Source of the DNA: Patescibacteria group bacterium
GTDB lineage: Bacteria; Patescibacteriota; Patescibacteriia; Magasanikbacterales; GWA2-37-8
Length of the DNA stretch: 64,000 bases
Reading direction: 5' to 3'
Assembly: GCA_028688375.1 (NCBI GenBank)
Contig: JAQTYG010000001.1
Span: forward strand, 183,420-247,419
Positions 57,097 through 64,000 of the stretch are shown piece after piece; position 1 is the stretch's first letter, and each line of letters begins with the position of its first letter. The notes under the pieces are model-generated. The model was not told where the DNA came from and ran no database searches. It saw only the letters and a program-made list of their open reading frames with translations. Position numbers and translations under genes: made by a program.

Positions 57097-58743
57097 ATGG
57101 TCTTGGCAAATGAAGTAAAAACAACGCTAAAAAAGAAACTCGGCCGGAAGCGGCTTTTTTATGTCTGCCGAGACGCGGAGCGCGCCGAAGCCGGACTTTT
57201 GCTTGGCCTGGCGAACTTTTTTATCGTGACCAACGACGGCCCCTATAGCCGCCAGCTGGCAAAGAAATACCGGAATATTTTGATTGTCCGAGGAAAGAAA
57301 ATTTTAGGCACGCATGAAATTCTGGCTAATTCCGCGATTAAGAAAAAAATTCGCCGAGGTGATTTTATTTTACTCTTTAAGCAGATGGAAAAAATTGAAA
57401 AAATCTGCGCCGAGCGCGGCTGGGTTTTGCTGAACCCGCCGACGGCGCTGGCCACGCGAGTGGAAGAAAAAATCTCGCAAGTGAAGTGGCTGGGCGCGTT
57501 AAAAAAATATTTGCCGTTGATTAAAATTGATATTTTAAAAAATATTTCCTGGGGCGGAAAAAAATTCATTTTACAATTTAATCGCGCTCACACCGGCGGT
57601 GGCACCATGTTGATTGACACGGCCAAAAAACTGAACGATTTAAAAAAGAAATTTCCGGCGCGCGAGGCGCGACTGGCCAAATTCGTGGCGGGGCCGAGTT
57701 TTACGGCCAACTGCGTTGTGTCGGGCAAAAAGGTTTTGCTTGGCAATATCAGCTACCAAATCACCGGCTTACGGCCGTTTACTGACAATCCCTTCGCCAC
57801 TATCGGCAATGACTGGGCTTTGCCGAAGAAAATTTTGAATAAAGAACAGCTGGGCGCGATTGAAACTATCGCCCGGGCCGTGGGCGCGAAATTAGCGCGT
57901 GATGGTTGGCGCGGACTGTATGGCATTGACGTTTCCATAGACGAAAAAACCGGGCGCGTCTATTTGATTGAAATCAACGCCCGACAACCGGCTTCCACCA
58001 GTTGGGAATCAATCTTACAGAATGAACACCGGATAATGGGTGGATTGACCGTGTTCGAAGCGCACTTATTAGCTTTACTGAAATGCGCCAGCGGACAAAA
58101 AATTATTCCGATTAGCAACGGCGCGCAAATTATTCAACGGGTAACCAAGGATACGCCACGATTGCCGGAGCCGAAACTTTTTAAACCGATTGAATTCCAT
58201 TACATCCGCTACGAAAATACAGAAATTGATAACGATCTTTTGCGGTTGCAGACCGGGTGCGGGGTAATGGCCAAGCATAGTCAGTTAAATCCGCACGGGG
58301 AAGAACTTTCCGTTTTTGTCCGTTTTACCCGAAGCCGACGGGCTTCTAACTGCCCGCGGGCCGGCGCGATCATTACACGGAACGGGCGCATCCTTTTGCT
58401 GAAACGCCACCGTTACGGGTATAATTACTGGGTGGTGCCGGGCGGAACACCCGAAAAAAACGAGAATATGGCCACGACCGCCAGACGAGAAATCCTGGAA
58501 GAAACCGGTTTGCGCGCGATACTTGATACCCAACAACCGCCGCTTCGTATTAACGGTACCCGCGATGAAACTTACTATTTTACGAAATCATTCAACGGGC
58601 GGGCGCGGTTGGGCGGACCGGAAAGAAAAAGTAGTTGTCCGGAAAACCACTACACTTTGAAGTGGGTGCCGATTAAAGAACTTAAAAAAATAAATTTGTT
58701 GCCGGTAGAATTAAAGGAAAAATTGATAAAAATATTGTGTTAA
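57097..58743 (+). CDS. ATP-grasp ligase fused to C-terminal NUDIX hydrolase
   Basis: HTGGGT, GLYGIDV..VYLIEINAR (ATP-grasp); GGTPEKNENMATTARREILEETGL (Nudix box). Confidence 0.8.
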   Translation: MVLANEVKTTLKKKLGRKRLFYVCRDAERAEAGLLLGLANFFIVTNDGPYSRQLAKKYRNILIVRGKKILGTHEILANSAIKKKIRRGDFILLFKQMEKIEKICAERGWVLLNPPTALATRVEEKISQVKWLGALKKYLPLIKIDILKNISWGGKKFILQFNRAHTGGGTMLIDTAKKLNDLKKKFPAREARLAKFVAGPSFTANCVVSGKKVLLGNISYQITGLRPFTDNPFATIGNDWALPKKILNKEQLGAIETIARAVGAKLARDGWRGLYGIDVSIDEKTGRVYLIEINARQPASTSWESILQNEHRIMGGLTVFEAHLLALLKCASGQKIIPISNGAQIIQRVTKDTPRLPEPKLFKPIEFHYIRYENTEIDNDLLRLQTGCGVMAKHSQLNPHGEELSVFVRFTRSRRASNCPRAGAIITRNGRILLLKRHRYGYNYWVVPGGTPEKNENMATTARREILEETGLRAILDTQQPPLRINGTRDETYYFTKSFNGRARLGGPERKSSCPENHYTLKWVPIKELKKINLLPVELKEKLIKILC

Positions 58744-58786
58744 TTTTAATAACTGGATTCCCGCCTTCGCGGGAATGACAATGATT

Positions 58787-59602
58787 ATGTTATCCGCGCG
58801 AGCTGAAAAAGTTATCCGCGATTATTTCAACCTTCCTTTTGAGGGTTTGACTGGCGTGCGCTGTCCTTATTTTAACAACGCCCGGCGCAATCGGCGCGGA
58901 CAACTGCGCGGGCTGATCGGTAAAGGCACACCGGAAGAAATCGCGGAGGAGGCGCGAATCATTTCCACTCAATATCGCCATAATATTTTTGATAAAGATG
59001 GCCACTGCTGTGTGCACGCGACGCATAATGACGAAGAAAAAATTGAAGACGTGAGAAAATTTTTGATTGATAATGATCTGGGAATTGATTGTTCCGGATT
59101 TGTCAGCCATGTCCTGATTGAACATTACAAAGAAACCAGGGGCGTGGATATCGCCCGCCGGTTTCACTTTTGGCCGATAAAAAATTTCTGGCGCTGGCTG
59201 GTGGCGCGTTTGCGTCCGGTGGAAAACATGTCGGTCCGCGTAATGGCTAAGGACGCTAACACTAACAAGATCGCCGATGGGCGAAGCGGTTTTGATTGGT
59301 CGCGCTTAGAATCGGCGGATTTAGTGATCATGATGGAAACCGGACCGAACAAAAAAAGAAACCACGTGTTGCTGATTGAAGACAACGAGGGCTCGGTGAT
59401 TAGATACACGCACGCCCGCGCCTGGTCGGCTGAAGGCAAATACGGACATGGGGTGGCGCGCGGAGAGATCCGTCTAACCAAACCGGGCGGTAATTTGTTG
59501 GAACAAGCCTGGGAAGAACTGGGCCGAGCCGGAGAAGATAATGAAACATTTTTAGAAGCAACAGGGGCTAAACTGTTGGAAGTAAGACGGATAAGAATAT
59601 AG
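58787..59602 (+). CDS. NlpC/P60-like papain-fold protein
   Basis: GIDCSGFVSHVL and later NHVLL...YTHA; start uncertain. Confidence 0.6.
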   Translation: MLSARAEKVIRDYFNLPFEGLTGVRCPYFNNARRNRRGQLRGLIGKGTPEEIAEEARIISTQYRHNIFDKDGHCCVHATHNDEEKIEDVRKFLIDNDLGIDCSGFVSHVLIEHYKETRGVDIARRFHFWPIKNFWRWLVARLRPVENMSVRVMAKDANTNKIADGRSGFDWSRLESADLVIMMETGPNKKRNHVLLIEDNEGSVIRYTHARAWSAEGKYGHGVARGEIRLTKPGGNLLEQAWEELGRAGEDNETFLEATGAKLLEVRRIRI

Positions 59603-59676
59603 AAGCTGGAAGTTGGAAGATGGAAGAATGACAGGCCGATTAAAAATTAAAAATTACAAAATTAAAAATTTTCACT

Positions 59677-60810
59677 ATGATGTCTTGCCAGCCATTTTCA
59701 CCGGAATTATTGGAGCAGGCATTTTTGTATCTTTTGTGCGCGACCATTGGCGCGTTTATTTTAGCGCCGTTACTAACCAAATTTTTATACAAATTTAAAA
59801 TTACCCGCCGAAGCGAATATGACTTCACTTTGCAGGGCGCGGATCGAGCGGGAAAAGTCGGCACGCCGATCATGGGTGGTTTATTAGTCATTGTGGTGGT
59901 CACGATCATTACTTTACTTTTTAATTGGGAACGCAGTTATACCTATGTGCCGATCGGTGTGATGGGTCTGTCGGCCTTGCTCGGCGCGGCTGATGATTTG
60001 ATGAACATTTTCGGGGCAAAAAGACGCTCTCGTTCGTTCGCTAATACTTGGCTTCTGGTAAGAATACACCGACATTGGTACGCGCGAATTTTTTATTTTT
60101 GCAGTCTGCCCTGGGTGGCTTTTCGCCAGCTGGCCAGCGCGCTCGGTTCACATCCGGGGCGCGGAATTCAGGTGCACGAAAAACTGCTGATGCAATTTAT
60201 CGCCGGCGGAGTGACGGCTTGGTGGATCTATTTTAAACTGGGAGAAAATTGGCGCTCGCTTTGGGTGCCGTTTGACGGCGTGATTAATCTCGGCTGGTGG
60301 ATTATTCCTTTGGTGATTTTACTGGTGATGTTCACGGCCAACGCGGTCAACATCGCCGACGGCTTGGACGGTCTGGCCGGCGGAGCGTTGATTATGACCT
60401 TTCTCGGCCTGATGATTATCAGTTGGATTGAGGGCCGGGTGGCGTTTACTTTGCTCAATGGTACGGTGGTGGGGGCGCTGATTGCTTATACTTACTTTAA
60501 TATCAAACCGGCGCGATTCCAAATGGGCGATGTCGGCACACTGGGATTAGGCGCGCTTTTTGCCATCAACGCCATTGCCGTTAATAAAACCATTCTGATT
60601 CCCCTACTCGGCTTTATTTTTTACGTGGAAGCGATTTCTGTGCTGATCCAAATTTTCTGCCGCCGAATGTTGGGCAAAAGATTTTTCAAAATGGCCCCCA
60701 TTCATCATCACTTTGAGTTTCGCGGTTGGAGTGAGGAAAAAATTGTGATGCGCTTTTGGCTGATTCACTCTTTCTTTGTGATTGTGGCCGTGTGGCTGGC
60801 GTTACATTAA
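59677..60810 (+). CDS. mraY: Phospho-MurNAc-pentapeptide transferase (with insertion)
   Basis: GTPIMGG, GAADD, NAVNIADGLDGLA, MGDVG, MAPIHHHFE. Confidence 0.9.
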   Translation: MMSCQPFSPELLEQAFLYLLCATIGAFILAPLLTKFLYKFKITRRSEYDFTLQGADRAGKVGTPIMGGLLVIVVVTIITLLFNWERSYTYVPIGVMGLSALLGAADDLMNIFGAKRRSRSFANTWLLVRIHRHWYARIFYFCSLPWVAFRQLASALGSHPGRGIQVHEKLLMQFIAGGVTAWWIYFKLGENWRSLWVPFDGVINLGWWIIPLVILLVMFTANAVNIADGLDGLAGGALIMTFLGLMIISWIEGRVAFTLLNGTVVGALIAYTYFNIKPARFQMGDVGTLGLGALFAINAIAVNKTILIPLLGFIFYVEAISVLIQIFCRRMLGKRFFKMAPIHHHFEFRGWSEEKIVMRFWLIHSFFVIVAVWLALH

Positions 60811-60901
60811 AACAGTTCTCGGTGCACAGTTCACAGTACACAGTACGCAGTACACGGAAAAAAATGTCATCTGTAAACTGAGAACTGTGAACTCCATAAT
60901 T

Positions 60902-61591
60902 ATGGACAGATACTTAACCTGGGACGAAAAAACAATCACGGATTTTTCCGATGCCAATGTCAGCGCCCTGTATGAGCGCGGTTTTGTTTTTACGCGCCTG
61001 GGCAAGGGGCAGATGGCGCAGACTAGAAGCGTGCGTGTCGACTTGAACAAATTTGAATTAACCAGCGAAAATCGCCGAGTGTTGAAAAAAACAGAAAACG
61101 TGCGGTTAAATGTTGTGTCGCTCCCCCATCCGAATTATGACTGGCGGATACATAAAATGGGCTTTGATTTTTATACGACAAAATTCGGGCCCGGAACTTT
61201 TTCCGCCAATAAGATCAAGGAACTTTTGATCAGCGAAAATAGTAATTTTAATTTGCTTTTTAAGTACTCTCTCGATGCCCCGAAGGGATCCCTCGACTCC
61301 GCTCGGGATGACAAAAATGAGCCGGTCGGCTACTGTATTTGCTATACCAATTCCGATTGGCTACATTACGCTTATCCGTTTTATGATTTGAATGTCGACG
61401 CGCCGAATTTAGGTATCAGCATGATGACCAAGGCGATTGTCTGGGCCAAGGAAAACGGAAAAAAATATGTTTGTCTCGGTAGCGCGAAAGATGCCGCAGC
61501 GATTTACAAGTTTCAATTTTCCGGCGTGGAATGGTTTGACGGTAAAGAATGGAAAACGGATGTTGAAGAACTAAAAAAAATATTAAAATAA
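60902..61591 (+). CDS. ATE/Bpt-like aminoacyl-tRNA-dependent transferase (GNAT fold)
   Basis: RSVRVDL..F......RRVLKK; YPFYD..LG..M..AI..AK..GKKYVCLG..YK; start at MDRYL. Confidence 0.65.
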   Translation: MDRYLTWDEKTITDFSDANVSALYERGFVFTRLGKGQMAQTRSVRVDLNKFELTSENRRVLKKTENVRLNVVSLPHPNYDWRIHKMGFDFYTTKFGPGTFSANKIKELLISENSNFNLLFKYSLDAPKGSLDSARDDKNEPVGYCICYTNSDWLHYAYPFYDLNVDAPNLGISMMTKAIVWAKENGKKYVCLGSAKDAAAIYKFQFSGVEWFDGKEWKTDVEELKKILK

Positions 61592-61614
61592 CTATAAAAA
61601 TTGCACTTTGCCAT

Positions 61615-62421
61615 ATGGAAAAATTTAACTCATCCAAACACGGGCATCTTACCAAAGATTTGCCGCTTAGCTTTCTTTCTCTGCCGGTCTATCTTGATTT
61701 TTGCGCGCATATTCTTGAAAGAAACGGCGAGCCAATAATAGTCCGGCAGGACGCTTTATATGAGCACGAATTTCCTTCAATCTTTTTGCCCAAGAACCCT
61801 CAAAATTGGCAACGGGCTTCAATGGCAATGATAACAAAGCATGATATTGAGAAGATTAAAGCACACAGCATCGAAGTTGGCATTGAAACTCCGACGGAAA
61901 CCGAGTTTTTTTATAACACAAATGATTTTGTGAATCCGCGCGGGAAATTAAAGGAGCGCATTAATCAATTTGAAAATAATTACGATTTTGTTTTAAAAAA
62001 TACTTACAGTAAAGATGCGCTCGCAACGTTTTTTAAAACGTGGGAAGGGCAAAAAGAATGCGCCAACGATTGGTTTGAAAAAGAAAGCGCCGACTTTTTC
62101 TTTTATTGTTTGGAAAATCTTGAAAAATATGGCATTGCCCAAGTGTATGTAGAAGTGGAAAACAAATTAGTCGGTTTTGCGTGGGGAGTAAAACATTTAG
62201 GAAATAATTGGGCGGGGTTGCACATGAAGGTTGACTATAACTACAAAGGGCTGAGCCGTTTTATTCATCACGAGAGAGCAAAAATATTTTCCGGGTATGA
62301 TATGTTTACTTTGGGCACGGGTTGCGAGGACCCCGGACTGATTCAGTTCAAAAAAGAACTGAAACCGGTTAAAGAGCAGGAATATTTTTACGTATTCACT
62401 CGCGGAATAATCACTTCATGA
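61615..62421 (+). CDS. DUF2156/MprF-C-like GNAT transferase
   Basis: LVGFAWG..LHMKVD..KGL..F......PGLIQFKKELKP. Confidence 0.55.
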   Translation: MEKFNSSKHGHLTKDLPLSFLSLPVYLDFCAHILERNGEPIIVRQDALYEHEFPSIFLPKNPQNWQRASMAMITKHDIEKIKAHSIEVGIETPTETEFFYNTNDFVNPRGKLKERINQFENNYDFVLKNTYSKDALATFFKTWEGQKECANDWFEKESADFFFYCLENLEKYGIAQVYVEVENKLVGFAWGVKHLGNNWAGLHMKVDYNYKGLSRFIHHERAKIFSGYDMFTLGTGCEDPGLIQFKKELKPVKEQEYFYVFTRGIITS

Positions 62422-62422
62422 T

Positions 62423-63283
62423 ATGAAAAATAATTTGGAGCAAAGACTTCTCTCCGATAAAATTGAACAGGAGAAACACATGGAGGAGCTGATTAGAAAT
62501 TTGGACGTTCTGTCTTCAATAGACAGTTTTTCGACACATGAAGACGAGATTAGAGCATATTTAAAAGAAATTTTGGAAAAATTCGAGATGAAATGCGAGG
62601 TGGACGAAAAAGGCAATCTCTGGGGAGAATCGGAAAAAGGAAAACAAAAAAATATCTTAGTGTCGGCACATATGGATAAGGTCGGAGCGGGAAATCCGGT
62701 AGCACATATTGGAAACCGACTAAAGGGACGGCTGGATAACGCGCTCGGTTTATCAATTATCATTGAATTATTAAAAAACGGCTTAAAACCGTCGGTACTT
62801 TTTACCGTTGAAGAAGAATCAGATTACGAAGTTGTAAGAGAGGGTCTGCCCGCGTTTGAAGAGCGAGAGCTCCCGAATGGCCTTTATCATGCCGGCGCAC
62901 GATTCGCGGCGGAACAACTGGTTAAACAACTTGAAAAACCAAGCCTGGCAATAGTGGTGGATGTTACAAGAATGGGAAAGGTGGGCGACGGGCCGATTAT
63001 TTATACTTCTTCCGGCTATAAAAAGCCGGGAACACAATCTTATTTCTCTCCAAAAATTCTAAAAAAGATAGCGAAAATTATAAACCCACTTGGTATCGGC
63101 GTCAGCTATCAGGAGGGAAATCCCAACGATGCCACAGAGATGGCTAGTGTTCCAGGAATGGAGATTCTTGCCGTTGAGATTCCTGTTATAAATAACCATA
63201 CCGCGAATGAAGAAGCCGACCTTGGAGACGTTGAGAAAACAATAAAAATCTTAACTAGTATTATAGAAAATTTTGAATTTTAA
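62423..63283 (+). CDS. M20/M28/M42 family Zn peptidase
   Basis: VDEKGN, SAHMDKV, GRLDNALG, FTVEEE, VVDVT, NNHT..E. Confidence 0.8.
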   Translation: MKNNLEQRLLSDKIEQEKHMEELIRNLDVLSSIDSFSTHEDEIRAYLKEILEKFEMKCEVDEKGNLWGESEKGKQKNILVSAHMDKVGAGNPVAHIGNRLKGRLDNALGLSIIIELLKNGLKPSVLFTVEEESDYEVVREGLPAFEERELPNGLYHAGARFAAEQLVKQLEKPSLAIVVDVTRMGKVGDGPIIYTSSGYKKPGTQSYFSPKILKKIAKIINPLGIGVSYQEGNPNDATEMASVPGMEILAVEIPVINNHTANEEADLGDVEKTIKILTSIIENFEF

Positions 63284-63324
63284 GTTGTAATTTTGATTTT
63301 TGCCTTTTGCCTTTTGATTTATTT

Positions 63325-64000
63325 ATGAAGCACATCCACTTTATTGGCATTTGCGGGGTCGGCATGAGCGCGCTGGCCATTCTTTGGAAAAAGAAAGGGT
63401 TCAAAGTAACCGGCTCGGACGCGGGATTTTATCCGCCTGTTTCCACTCATCTGGAGGAAAATGGGATTGATTTTTATGCCGGCTGGCATCCGGAAAAAAT
63501 GTCTACGCCGGATTTGGTGGTGGTCGGCAATGTGGCCGGTTCGGTCAATCCGGAGTGGCTCTATGTGCAGGAACATAATATCCCGTATGTTTCCTATCCG
63601 GAATTAATCGCGCAAAACTTAGTGCGTAAAAATTCTATAGTCTGCGCCGGCACTTGGGGTAAAACTTCCACTACCGCGCTCCTCGCCTACATTTTAAAAA
63701 CAGCGAATTTTAAGCCGGCCTATATGTTTGGGGGCTTGTCCCTGAGCCTGCCATATGCCGCCGATGACGAGGGTGGCGACTGGAGTGTGTTGGAAGGAGA
63801 TGAATACAAAACAGGTAAAGACCATCCGGAAGCGAAATTTTTTTCTTACAAACCGACTCATTTGCTCCTGACCGGCCTGGCTTGGGATCACTTTGATATG
63901 TATCCGACCGAGGAATCTTACTACGAAGCTTTTACCAAGCTTTTAGGCGGCATGCCGACAGACGGACTGGCGGTGGTGTGCGCGGACGATGAGAATATCA
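63325..64000 (+). CDS. Mur ligase, MurC/Mpl family (runs off the window edge)
   Basis: Read manually: MKHIHFIGICGVGMSALA..GSD..YPP; AGTWGKTSTT; LEGDEY; WDHFD. Confidence 0.88.
   Translation, partial: MKHIHFIGICGVGMSALAILWKKKGFKVTGSDAGFYPPVSTHLEENGIDFYAGWHPEKMSTPDLVVVGNVAGSVNPEWLYVQEHNIPYVSYPELIAQNLVRKNSIVCAGTWGKTSTTALLAYILKTANFKPAYMFGGLSLSLPYAADDEGGDWSVLEGDEYKTGKDHPEAKFFSYKPTHLLLTGLAWDHFDMYPTEESYYEAFTKLLGGMPTDGLAVVCADDENI

Overview
This is a bacterial chromosome segment using genetic code 11. Gene content, interspersed palindromic repeats and heptameric intergenic repeats suggest a Patescibacteria/CPR (Parcubacteria-like) organism, which is an inference. Positions 1-28.4 kb hold a long minus-strand surface-glycan locus: many glycosyltransferases (GT2, GT4-like, GT10 fucosyltransferase, GT-D), methyltransferases, a B12-binding radical SAM enzyme, the CDP-3,6-dideoxyhexose genes rfbFGH with a split transketolase, Wzx, rfbC/D-like genes, gmd/fcl and an O-antigen-ligase/O-OTase-like protein. 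Next come tsaE, queH, rarA, a GGDEF-like orphan, an 8-repeat FN3-like secreted protein and tRNA-Glu(CTC). A small defence island follows (ImmA peptidase + membrane protein, SH3-CHAP, DUF262-HNH, EcoRI-family MTase, TIGR02391/HEPN). After it lie murF, a class B PBP, rlmN, a P-type ATPase, a transketolase, small self-contained expression units, an LTA-synthase-like gene, hpf and murB. The window ends in an unusual plus-strand operon: ATP-grasp-NUDIX, NlpC/P60-like, MraY, two aa-tRNA-transferase-like GNATs, a peptidase and a Mur ligase. The most notable observations are (i) a nucleoside-deoxyribosyltransferase gene enclosed by nested 5'/3' UTR pairing that hides its RBS, preceded by a boxA-like motif, (ii) the non-canonical peptidoglycan-like operon, (iii) repeat-derived peptides in frame in unrelated proteins, and (iv) 10-bp-phased direct repeats over the glycan-operon promoter with a cognate-looking HTH_17 gene. 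All protein calls come from motif recognition by eye; no database searches were run.
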